A stretch of DNA of 64,000 nt. It comes from Octopus sinensis (lineage: Eukaryota). The notes below the pieces were generated by a model. The model saw only the letters and a list, made by a program, of their open reading frames with translations. It made no database searches and was not told the DNA's origin. Each line of letters starts with the position of its first letter. The stretch's first letter is position 1. This document shows positions 22,272 to 34,795 of the stretch, in pieces. The translations under genes and the position numbers were made by a program. The DNA is taken from positions 36,394,001-36,458,000 of the forward strand of contig NC_043010.1 of the NCBI RefSeq assembly GCF_006345805.1, written 5' to 3'.

Positions 22272-24182
22272 GGGCGTAACAAATATCAGAAAATCAAAAA
22301 AAAAATGTGTGTAATAGGTGTAAAACAACTTCCTATGAACGAATATGAGAAAAAAAATTCGCGCACGCGAAAGGGGGTGGGGGAGAGGCCTCGGAAAATT
22401 CACATCGGGAAGTTCCGAAAGCGTCTGAGGAGCTGACCCGGGCACCAAAACAAAAAAAAATAGTGTAATATGTGTAAAACAACTTGCTCTAAACGAATAT
22501 GACAAAAAAAAATGCGCTCTCGCGAAAGAGGGGTGGGGAGAGGCCTCGGAATATTTATATCGGGAATTTCCGAAAGCGTCTGAACCGGGCACCAAACAAA
22601 ACAAAAACAAAAGCGTAATAGGTGTCAAACAACTTGCTCTAAAGACTATCATGAAAAAATTGCGCGCTCGCGAAAGGGGGTGGGGGAGAGGCTTCGGAAA
22701 TTTCATCACATCTTCAGTCCACGGCCTTTAACCTAAGAACAAAATAGTGTAATTGGTGTAAAACTACTTGTTCTAAAACGAGTATCAAGACAACACACTC
22801 ACACATGAATCATAAACTCCGTATTTCGCAAAAAAAAAAATAAAGAGAAGAAATTCTGGAAAAAGTGAAGAAATGTTGGATCTCATTCCTTGGTTAAAGC
22901 ATTTTAAACATTAAATTTTATGCTTTTCTTTGAATAGTTCAGATATATGCAATTCTTCTCACTTATTAAGATGCATTTTATCAGAAAAAAAAAGAGACAG
23001 AAAAAATATTATTTTTGTGTCAACCTTCCCTAATTATCCTTTTTAATTAGTTTTGGCGTGTATTTTTTCCCAATTTATTTTTTCAACCTTTACAACACTG
23101 TTTAGTAAAGCATTAATTATCTTTATAATTTGCATATTTGACTTATTAATCAAATTCTCTAGATGTAATATACTAAGTAATGCATCCTTCATTTATGTGT
23201 TCCGTTCTGTATATGCCATGCGTGACTGTTTGTATGGAAGTGTTTTTAACTGTGCACATGAATGTGAATATTAAAGAACATATTTATTTACTATGATTGT
23301 TATTTTCAGAACAAATAAATCTTTTGGCTGTTATGTTATGGATTTGATTTAGTATTATTGCTAGTTAAAGGGTGTGACTGGCTGAATATTTTGAGTCTGT
23401 AGTATGTAGTTGTGTTAGTCAATATTCTGAGTTCAAATCCAACTCATTTCTTATCATCATTATCGATGGACCACTCAAAGAGGTATGTATACATTATCAT
23501 TTTCGTAACATAATTTCTGTAGTATTTCAAGATGTTTCTGACACGCGCTTTGAATGAGCACATGGCGGAGATATCCAACATTTCTTCTTCACACTTTTTC
23601 AGAATTTCTTCTCTTATTTTTTTTTTTGTGAAAATACGGAGTTTATGATTCATGTGTGAGTGTGTGTCTTCTGATACTCGTTTAGAACAAGTAGTTTTAC
23701 ACCAATTACACTATTTTTCTTTAGTTTAAAGGCCGTGGACTGAAGATGTGAAATTTCCGAAGCCTCTCCCCCACCCCCCTTTCGCGGCGCGCCATTTTTT
23801 TCATGATAGTCATTTAGAGCAAGTTGTTTTACACCTATTACGCTGTTTTTGTTTTTGTTTTTGTGCCCGGTTCAGACGCTTTCGGAAATTCCCGATATAA
23901 ATATTCCGAGGCCTCTCCCCCACCCCTCTTTCGCGAGAGCGCATTTTTTTTTGTCATATTCGTTTAGAGCAAGTTGTTTTACACATATTACACTATTTTT
24001 TTTTTGTTTGGTGCCCGGGTCAGCTCCTCAGACGCTTTCGGAACTCCCCGAGGTGAATTTTCCGAGGCCTCTCCCCCACCCCCCTTTCGCGTGCGCGAAT
24101 TTTTTTTTCATATTCGTTCATAGGAAGTTGTTTTCCACCTATTACAACATTTTTCTTTTGATTTTCTGATATTGTTACGCCC
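22272..24182. mobile_element. Foldback-type DNA transposon (1.9 kb) with ~610 bp TIRs built from ~150 bp subrepeats
   Basis: Termini GGGCGTAAC...GTTACGCCC flanked by TATA on both sides. Arms 22272-~22884 and ~23570-24182 are reverse complements, each with ~3.3 units containing cgcgaaaggggtggggagaggcctcggaa. Confidence 0.85.
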
Positions 24183-24425
24183 TATATTGCACATAATTAA
24201 CTGCTACAACCACACACACACACAACACACACACACACGTGGCTATCATTACACCACATACACACACACACAGACCTGCCGCGCAACGCACATACCTGCA
24301 CATACACACACATACCTCCTTCTTTTGCACTCTCTTGTATTTGAAATAACTTTTTCTTTACCCATTCCCTTCCGGTCATTCAATATGTGACCGCGTGTGT
24401 ATCGTTGGCGATTTTTTCCTTCGTC

Positions 24426-24476
<51 letters not shown>

Positions 24477-25096
24477 ATTTTTTCTTGAATAGAGTTACAT
24501 ATAACAGCATGTAAATACCGGTTTATAGATACGCATGTGCACACACACACATTCCCACTCAGTCTACATACACATACCAACACACACATAGCCACCCCAC
24601 CCAGTCACACACCTTTCAGACTGACAATCACTCACTATTGACCATTCCCACTACACACACATGCAAACACACAAACACACGCACACAACCACACCCACCC
24701 ATTCACATACCTTTCACTACGGACTTCTGATTGACTTCTCAGAGCAGCATATACTCGCACACAGATCCTACCGCGCGCGCACACACACACACACCACACA
24801 TACCACACACAACACATACACACATACGCACATACACACAGACGACTCACACAAACACAGACGTACACACAATTACTACTACACGCACACACACGCAGTT
24901 ACTGCCGCATACATACTCATGCTACCACACGCACATACACACACGCTGCCGCACACACACACTCACGCATACTGACTATCTTCACACTCTCTTGTCCCAG
25001 AAACCACTTTCTCTTTCTCCTTCCACTTCCGGTCACTTCAGATATGTAACCCAACGTGGACTCTTAGCGATTTTTCCTTATTTCTCTTTGGATTTC

Positions 25097-25136
25097 CTTG
25101 TTTCTGACGAAGAGCTTTGCTCGAAACGTTAACAAG
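25097..25136 (+). ncRNA. Minimal type I hammerhead ribozyme in a Penelope-like terminal repeat
   Basis: cttgttt-CTGACGA(25104-10)-A-GAGC ttt GCTC-GAAA(25123-26)-CGT-T-aacaag. Stem I cttgtt/aacaag with one bulge. Confidence 0.7.
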
Positions 25137-25261
25137 AACTACCCCACCCATCACCGAGCCTCTAATTAATATATTTATTGAGCAAATCCTCATTTTCATT
25201 TTTGTCTTTTACTTCTTTATTTAATTGTTTGTTTATTTGAATTAACTACATATATATATAT

Positions 25262-25760
25262 AGGCGCAGAAGTAGCTGTGTGGTAAGAAACTTGCTTCCC
25301 AACTACATGGTTCCGGGTTCAGTCCTACTGCGTGGCACCTTGGGCTAGTATCTTCTATTATAGCCTCGGGGCGACCAAAGCTTTGTAATGGATTTGGTAG
25401 ACGGAAACTGAAAGAAGCCAGTCGTGTATATATATATATATATATAATATATATATATATTATATATATATATATATATATGTTATAATATCTATATCTA
25501 TATTATATATAATATATGTGTGTGTATGTGTGTATGTTGGGTGTGTGTGTATGTGTGTGTGTGTGTGTATTTATATGCATTATTAGCGTGTCTGTGTTAT
25601 CCTCCTAATATCGCTCGACAACCGATGTTGGTGTGTTTACGCCCCCGTAACTTAGCTGTTCGGCCAAAAAGAGACCGATAAAATAAGTGCTAGGGTCAAT
25701 ATGTTCGACTGAAGGCGGAGCTCCAGCATGGCCGCAGTCAAATGACTGAAACAAATAAAC
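25262..25760 (+). mobile_element. SINE family A interrupted by (TA)n/(TG)n
   Basis: Head 25262-25425 and tail 25610-25760 (gaaggcggagctccagcatggccgcagtcaaatgactgaaac). Confidence 0.8.
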
Positions 25761-25888
25761 GAATAGTATATATATATATATATATAAGACAAGAAATTAC
25801 TTTTGCCTCTTTTTATGGAGACAAAAGGGTTCATAAGACTACACAAAAGAAGTGCTCAAATGTAATTGAGACAGAGATAAAAAAAATA

Positions 25889-26794
25889 TTGATCACGGAA
25901 CAAACGTCAAATTCGAGTCAACGACTTTATACATAACACCACGCCTCCAAGCATTTGATCGTATATAATTATTACCATGGCCTTTAACATATAAAGAATA
26001 CATATATAAAAAAACACAGAAAGTAAAGGTATATGCAAATAAAAATACAGATTTATAGAACGGCCCATCAAGAAGGTATATACAATCGACAAAAAATTCT
26101 AAAGCGTGTCATACGTCTAAAAATCTAAATAAAATAAAATATTAATCGACTAAAAACATTTTCCTATTCCCCTCAAACAAAAAAAAAAAAATGTCATGAA
26201 AGTTAATTTCATAAAACCACGGTAGGTTGGAGTCCTCTTCAGGATGAACAGGAATCTCAACAAATTGTTCGGCAAAAAGAGACCGATTAAATAAGTACTA
26301 GGGGTCGATTTGTTGAGATTCCAGCTCATCCTGATGAGGGAGTCATTGCTGAGATGCACCTGAACTCATAATCGAACCGCGACAGTGAACTTCCGAAATG
26401 GCTATAAATGTGTTTGACTTGATTTTGAGGAACTCTTTTACGCTCCAAGACTCCAACTTACCATGGTTTTATGAAATGAACTATTTTGACATATTTTTGG
26501 TTTGAGGGGAGTAAGAAAATTTTTTTAGTCGATTGATATTTTATTTTATTTAGATTTTTAGTCGTATGACCCGCTTTAGAATTTTTAGTCGATTGTATAT
26601 ACCTTCTTGAGAGGCTGTTCTATAAATCTGTATTTTTATTTGCATATATATTTCTTTACCTTCTGTGTTTTTTTTATATATGTATTCTTTATATGTTAAA
26701 GGCCATGATACTATTTATATATGATCAAATGTTTGGAGGCGTGGTGTTATATATAAAGTCGTTGACTCGAATTTGATATTTGTCCTCTGATCAA
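25889..26794. repeat. Long inverted repeat (~370 bp arms) around a 45 bp SINE-A scrap, Penelope-like
   Basis: 25889-26264 is the reverse complement of 26309-26794, apart from a ~110 bp indel next to the hammerhead core. Confidence 0.9.
26327..26410 (+). ncRNA. Hammerhead-like motif with extended stem II
   Basis: CTGATGA (26331-37), stem II GGGAG/CTTCC + TCATTG/CAGTGA, GAAA (26395-98), quasi-palindromic ATGGCTAT, then A. Stem I is imperfect. Confidence 0.5.
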
Positions 26795-27217
26795 GGTTAG
26801 CTCTCACTGTTTGTGTTACTGTTATTCTCCTTGTCCTGTCTTTTACTGTTTATATTTTGTACTGTCTTTACTGTCCTGTTTTTGTTACCATTTTTACCTC
26901 TCCTCAAAAAAATCGCAAATTTTATTTAATCTGCTTTTGTTGGTGCGATATTAGGAGGATAAACACAGACACGGATTAGATGAAACAGAGGCGGCTGAAG
27001 AAGGGGAATTTTCCTTGTGTTGTATGTCTTGTACTCTATTTTTTCGTTGTTTAAGAAAAATGTCCATTTCCTTGGTTTTGTGTTATGTTTTCGTTTCTCA
27101 TTGTGTTCGACGTTTTTTTTGTGTCTTGTACCCATATATGCATGTAATATACATATAGATGTAAGTACGTACATATATGTATGTAACAATGCATATGTTT
27201 TATTTATTATTTTTTAG

Positions 27218-27278
<61 letters not shown>

Positions 27279-27289
27279 TGTATATTTTC

Positions 27290-27480
27290 AATATGTGACC
27301 GCGTGTGTATCGTTGGCGATTTTTCCCTCCGTCTTCCCTTCCTTGGACTTTTCCTTGTCTATGTTTCTGAGGAACAGCTCCGCTCGAAACGTTAAATCCT
27401 CCACCTTCCTTCCTTTCCTGAGCGTTCATAACACTATACTTGTTCCACGTCCTCGCATTGTTGTGTTTCTCTTGGTTCAT
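27290..27480 (+). mobile_element. Penelope-like terminal repeat with decayed hammerhead
   Basis: aatatgtgaccgcgtgtgtatcgttggcgatttttcc...gtttCTGAGGAacagctccgctcGAAACGTT. Related to copies at 24385, 25040 and 53235. Confidence 0.65.
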
Positions 27481-27559
27481 GTTTGTATTACTATCACACC
27501 ACACACACACAATACGTTGTAATATATATATATATATATCTATATATATATATTATATC

Positions 27560-27590
<31 letters not shown>

Positions 27591-28004
27591 CACATACATA
27601 TATACAATCTTACTGACATATAACCACACATACACACTGCATATACACGTTTTATTTTGCCAAGCTAAATAACGGATCCTTCATCGATTATAAAGACGAG
27701 TATTGCAGTCATTCAAACAACGAAGCGGGTCTTTTATTATTTTGTAATGCAATTGGGTGACGATTCCACAGACACTTGCACACTGAATGAAATCCCTAGT
27801 TGGAACCAGCGCTATGTAATGGCTGACAAGACTGACACATTGAATTATTGGTGCAGTTCTTCTTGTTCTATTGAGTGACTTAATATGCCGCAGATATTTG
27901 TGCCATTGATGTAATACTAAAGTAGAATCAGTGTGAAAATGGTGGCACTTTGAATTATAGTTACAATCTCTGTCTCCGTCTCTGTCTCTCTCTCACACAC
28001 ACAC

Positions 28005-28119
<115 letters not shown>

Positions 28120-29109
28120 CTGTCTGTTTGTCTGTTTGTCTATCCATCCATCCATCCATCCATTCATTCATCCATCCATCCATATTTCTCCCTCTCTCTC
28201 TAACTATCTGTGTGTGTGTGTGTCTATGTGTGTGTGCGTGTGTCTGTCTGTCTGTGAGTGTGTGTCTATCTGTCTCTGTCTGCCTCTGTCTGCCTGTCTG
28301 TCTCTCCCTTTCTCTCTCTCCTTTTCTCTGTCTCTCTATCTTTCACTTTCTCTCTCTTTCTCTATCCATCCATCCATCCATCCATCCATCCATCCATGAA
28401 TCCTTATATCTGTCTGTCTGTTGGATTATCAATTTATCTCTCTCTCACTCACTCCCTCTCACTCACTCCCTCTCACTCTCTCACACTCTCTCTCTGTTTT
28501 TCTGTTTCCCTTGTTCTCTCTCTCTCTCTCTCTCCCTCTCTCTCCACATACAAACACACACACATGCACATACTCTCCAGTAAGATAACTCTACGCTCTT
28601 CTATTTGCGTCTACCGTGACTTTTGCGCATACACTCCATTACAGAGATAAAAACGTCCCACATAATGCACTCTTAAACGCTAGTCCTTTTGCCTAAAATA
28701 ACTTCCACTTAATTTCTAGTCCTTGTTAATCGTCCGATCTCTTTCTATAAACATTCGATACGCACCAGTGGTCAATAATCATGCTTTGCTCACGTTAATT
28801 AAGAATTTAATTAAAATATTTGGTGAATCCAATTTCAATAACGGCAAACGTCATTGGTTGCTTCATAGTATCAAATCGGTTCTCCATTGCTTACTGCTTT
28901 ACTTTCTCGCCTTAACCCTGTCACGCCGTTATTCTCGTTGTAGCGGAAATATGCTAAACGTCATCTCTGCCGGATTCCCGATAAAAAGCGTTAATGAACA
29001 ACAAACGCCGAAAAAGAAGACATGACTGATTCTTAATGGCTTCCAAGGACACAGTGTTTCGTTATGCAACCATGATATGTTGCAAAGTATTCTTTTATTC
29101 TTATATTCT

Positions 29110-29298
29110 TTTATTCTTTTATTCGTTTCAGTCATTTTGACTGCGGCCATGCTGGAGCACCGCCTTTAGTCGAGCAAATCGACTCCAGAACTTATTCTTT
29201 GTAAGCCTATTACTTATTCTATCGGTCTCTTATGCCGAACTGCTAAGTTACTGGGATGTAAACACACCAGCATCGGTTGTCAAGCGATGTTGGGGGGA

Positions 29299-29358
<60 letters not shown>

Positions 29359-29490
29359 CATACTTATATACGGTGGGCTTCTTTCAGTTTCTATCTGCCA
29401 AATCCACTCAAGGCTTTCGTCGGCCCGAGGCTATAGTAGAAGACACTTGCCCAAGGTGCCACGCAGTGGGACTGAACCCGGAACCATGTG
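29110..29490 (-). mobile_element. SINE family A, near full length
   Basis: Tail, (CA)n and head all present on the minus strand. Confidence 0.85.
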
Positions 29491-30524
29491 CTAATATTAA
29501 TATTTAAATAAGAATTACACTCATATACAGACATGTATATGTAAGTTATACAGATAACTATAGAGTAAATAATTTTGATTAAACAGATTTATTTGTTTTA
29601 ACTAAGAGACTATGCTTTCACCTGTTTATAGAGTACATCAGAAACTTATATAAAATTTCAAAACGTTTTCGGGACAATATACAAACTCCCCCCCGTCTCT
29701 CTCTCTCTCTCTCACACACACATACACACACGGTGGTATAATTATTGCACTCAATAAAATAAAATAAACGAAAATGTGTTGTTAATTAGTGTCAAGAGAA
29801 TTTGTGATAGTCTGTGTCAGTTAATTAGCTGTCATTAGCAGAAAGAAGGCTTCTGTTATATCTAAAATGGATCATTGCTTCTCAAAGTATTGTACAGTAT
29901 TTTATTTTATTGTATTTACAGCAATTGTATCATATTAGGTTAATAAGGCTTGTGGTTTACATAAATTATATATTTGTTTTTTCTTGTTTCTCTCGTTTCT
30001 ACTATATTTAGAATAGTGATGATTATACTGATGTATGTATAGTATTTTAATAAGTTTTGTGAGATGTAGTAATTTAAAAATGATGATCAGAAAATCCAGT
30101 TATCCAGCAGCCCTCCGATATCAGTGATGCTGATTAGAAGGGAGTTTATTGTATATCGATTAGTCTTTGTTTTGTCCAACTGAGCAGAATATGTTTCTCT
30201 GAGGAGGTCTAATAAAACCGAAACATATCCGTAGTTGTCACCAGTTAGATTTAAAGACCCACTGTCCTTTAATCTATGTCTTCTACATCTTCCATTTCAG
30301 TTCACTGTCTTATTGGAGTTATGTCTCTCGTTAGTTGGGTTTTAGACTTCAAGCATCACAAGAAGAAGTTTTTTTTCTTCTACTTGCCTAGATAACCTCA
30401 ATTTATTGAAATCTATTTAATTATACATAGGAAACCTTAGCGTAATTTGTAATTTAGTAGACAGGATGAACGCTTCCCCGAGGCCTTTTTCTTGACGGTT
30501 GTATTGTTGACTTACAATTACATC

Positions 30525-30571
<47 letters not shown>

Positions 30572-31063
30572 CCACACACACACACACACACAAACACATA
30601 CACACACACACACGCGCGCACACACACACAGAGACGCACACACACGCACTACATAGACACACACATTTAATCACTCGCATATTACACCGATGCCCGCAAA
30701 CACACACATGGATATTACACCGAAGCACAAAAGTACACGCATATATATTACTCGGATACACGTAGTGCATATATACACACACACACGGTGCACACAAATA
30801 GATACACACATTATGCATAGAAATTTACACACGTATATTACACAGATGCACCCAGATATACATGCATATTACACGAATGTACACAAAACAAACACATATA
30901 TATTCCACGGATGTACACAGACATATAGGCATTTATTACACAGATGCACGCAAATACACACGACATACTATTCATACAAACGCACACACACAAATGCACA
31001 CATATGAGACCACACATAGAAACGTGCGCTCACACTCACACACTACATACATACATGTATACA

Positions 31064-31101
<38 letters not shown>

Positions 31102-31299
31102 CGTGCATACACGTGTAAAAAAATTAATGGCTAGATTGATGTAAGAATATTACGACACACAAATGTCCAGGGACATGCACACACAAACATACAATACTCT
31201 CACTCACACACACACACACACACACAACGCATGCACACACATAATACTCAGACATGTAGTTTAAAGGATGACATATTCACATACGGAAGTATGTTGTTG

Positions 31300-31585
31300 T
31301 TGCCTGGTTCATATGGACCGGTTTCCCGGTTTCCTTGGCGTATAGGTTCTCCACCTGGACGGGACGCCGGTCCGTCGCAGGTAAGCTGCAAGATGCAGGA
31401 GGAAAGAGTGAGAGAAAGTTTTGGTGAAAGAGTCAGCAGAAGTTCGCCATTACCTTCTGCCGGAGCCGCGTGGAGCTTAGGTGTTTCGCTCATAAACACA
31501 CACATCGCCCAGTCTGAGATTCGAACCCCGCGATCCCTCGACCGCGAGTCCGCTGCTCTAACCACTAGGCCATGTGCCTCCACAC
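31300..31585 (-). mobile_element. SINE family C, near full length
   Basis: Closely matches 10510-10790. Confidence 0.85.
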
Positions 31586-31849
31586 GGAAGTATGTAGACA
31601 CACGAAAAGACTCATACACATAGACACGGATGTACGACATAAACACACACACACACACACACACATTAACACATAGATATTAATACACACATACATACAC
31701 TCTGACATAAGACATACATCCATCTTACAGATATATTTATATACCCAAGGTCATTCACATTCAAATAGACACATACAAACGCACACATATATAGAAGGAC
31801 ATACACACCGCTCACGTATTGGCTTTAAGACCAGCAATTTCGTATGTGT

Positions 31850-32835
31850 TGGACTAAATCGATTACATCGACCCCAGTATGCAACTGGTACTTATTTTAT
31901 CGACCCGGAAAGGATGAAAGCAAAGTCGACCTTGGTGGAATTTGAACTCAGAGCATAAGGACGGACGAAATGCGGCTTAGCATTTTGATCAGGCTTCCTA
32001 ACGATTCTGCCAGCTCACTACTTGATATTCGTTCCAAATGTTGGCACAAGGCTAGCAATTTCGTGAGGGTGGGGGCTAAGTTGATTACGTCGACACCAGT
32101 ACTCAACTTGTACTTATTTTATCGACCCTGAAAAGATAAAAAGCAAAGTCAACCTCGGCGTAATTTGAACTCAGATTGTAAGGGCAGACGAAATGCCCCG
32201 GCGTGCTAAGCATGTTGCCAGCTCGCCGCCTTTCATCATTTTCGTATTCTTTTCTACTCTAGACACAAGCCCGGAAATTTTGGGGGAGGGGGCCAGTCGA
32301 CTAGATCGACCCCAGTACGCAACTGATACTTAATTTATCGACCCCGAAAAGATGAAAAGCAAAGTTGACCTCGGTGGAATTTGAACTCAGAACGTAAAGA
32401 CAGAAGAAATACCTATTTCTTTATTACCCACAAGGGGCGAGGGGACAAATAAGGACAGACAAAGGGATTAAGTCGATTACATCGACCCCAGTACGCAACT
32501 GATACTTAATTTATCGACCCCGAAAGGATGAAAGGCAAAGTTGACCTCGGTGAAATTTGAACTCAGAACGTAAAAACAGACGAAATACCGCTAAACATTT
32601 TGTCCGGCTTGCTAACGTTTCTTATTTCTTTACTGCCCACAAGGGGTTAAACATAGAGGGGACAAACAAGGACAGACAAAGGGATTAGGTTGATTACATC
32701 GACTCCAGTGCGTAACTGGTACTTAATTTATCGACCCCGAAAGGATGAAAGGCAAAATCGAACTCGGCGGAATTTGAACTCAGAACGTAGCGGCAGACGA
32801 AATACCGCTAAGCATTTCGCCCGGCGTGCTAACGT
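31850..32835 (-). mobile_element. Tandem array of about five SINE family B copies
   Basis: ggatgaaa(g/a)gcaaagt(c/t)gacctcgg.ggaatttgaactcag recurs at ~31910, 32135, 32350, 32525 and 32742, all in the same orientation. Confidence 0.9.
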
Positions 32836-32899
32836 TTCTACCAGCACGCCGCCGTCCGTCACTCTGATATTGAGATACATTAACACAGTAACATCTCCT

Positions 32900-34400
32900 T
32901 GTATGACACACACTCACAAGGAGACACGAGCACGCACGCACACACACACGCACACACATACATGCACGCACACTCACACAAACGCATACACTCATCAATA
33001 CACTCTCACGCATACATATACATATCCACACTCACGCATACACATACACACGCGCACACACACACGCATACACACAAACACACTTACGCATACACATACA
33101 CACACGCACACACATGCACACACACACGCATACACACACACACACGCATACACATACACACGCACATACATGCAACACACACACACACGCACGCATACGC
33201 ATACGTACATATTGGCACAATCACACACATATACAAACATATGGTCATACGTCGTTACACATATGCACATATACACTTATAAGTGCACACACATATACGT
33301 ACAAAGATACACAGTGAGACAAATTCATACAAGCACACACTGGCATACATACACAAATTCACATGCAAACACACATACTTACGTACATACAGATACATAT
33401 ACACACAGAGATACATCATACCTACATACATACATATGCATACATACATACATACATACATACTACATCATATGCATGCTACATACTACTACATACATAC
33501 ATACATACATACATACATGCATACAACTACTACATACTACATACATACATACATGCATACATACATACATACATACACATACATGCATGCATACATACAT
33601 ACATACATACATAATACATACATACATACATGCATGCATACATCATACATACATAACATCATACTACCTACTACATCATACATGCATGCATACATACATA
33701 CAGACATCCATACATACATACATACTGCATACATACATACATACATACATACATGCATACATACATACATACATACATACATACATACATGCATACATAC
33801 ATACATACATACATACACACAGATACATACATACATGCATACATACATACATACATATATACATACATATACATACGTTCATACACCCATGCATGCATAC
33901 ATACATACATATGCATACATACAGATACATACATACATACATACATACATAATACATACACACAGATACATACATACATGCATACATACATACATATATA
34001 TACATACATATACATACGTTCATACATATATACATCCATGCATGCACGCATACATACATACAGATTCATACATATACATACATACATACATACATACATA
34101 CATACATACAGATACATACACACAGATACATACATACCTACATACATACATTCATACATACATACATACATACTACATACATACATACATACAGATACAT
34201 ACACACAGATGCATACATACATACATACAGATACATACATTCATACATATTTACAGATACATACTTGCATGCATACACTACATACATGCATATAGTTTCC
34301 CATTCTTGTATACACATATACTTGCGAATTTATATAGATATGCACATACACACACCCATACACAAGAACACGCATGCACACACACACACGCACACAGAGG
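32900..34400. repeat. Compound (CA)n/(TACA)n microsatellite field
   Basis: Direct reading. It produces the 403-420 aa HTYI pseudo-ORFs. Confidence 0.95.
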
Positions 34401-34569
34401 GCAGCTCACACTTTCCAGCAGCCCTGTAAAAGCTCTGAAGAGTATTACACCGTCTCGTCCCTCCCTCCCCCCTCACACACTGTTGGATGCATAGAGATTG
34501 AAGGAGGTGCAGGGATTGGGAAGTAGTCAGAGTAGGGAACGACAGTAATGAAAGTAAAGATACAGAGAA

Positions 34570-34636
<67 letters not shown>

Positions 34637-34754
34637 TTAAAGAGAGACAGAGAGAAAAAAAGAGGGAGGGCAAGAGGAGAGGGTGATGGAGAACAGGAGG
34701 GAGTAATGGGAATGGCGAACAGTGGTCATAGTAATGTTGTGTGTGTGTGTGAGT

Positions 34755-34795
<41 letters not shown>

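Noticed and set aside
32690-34494. 403-420 aa ORFs rich in HTYI/MYVC
   Set aside because: Translations of (CA)n/(TACA)n microsatellite with no stops by composition. The same applies to ORFs at 19.3, 41.1, 47.3, 52.4 and 54.2 kb.
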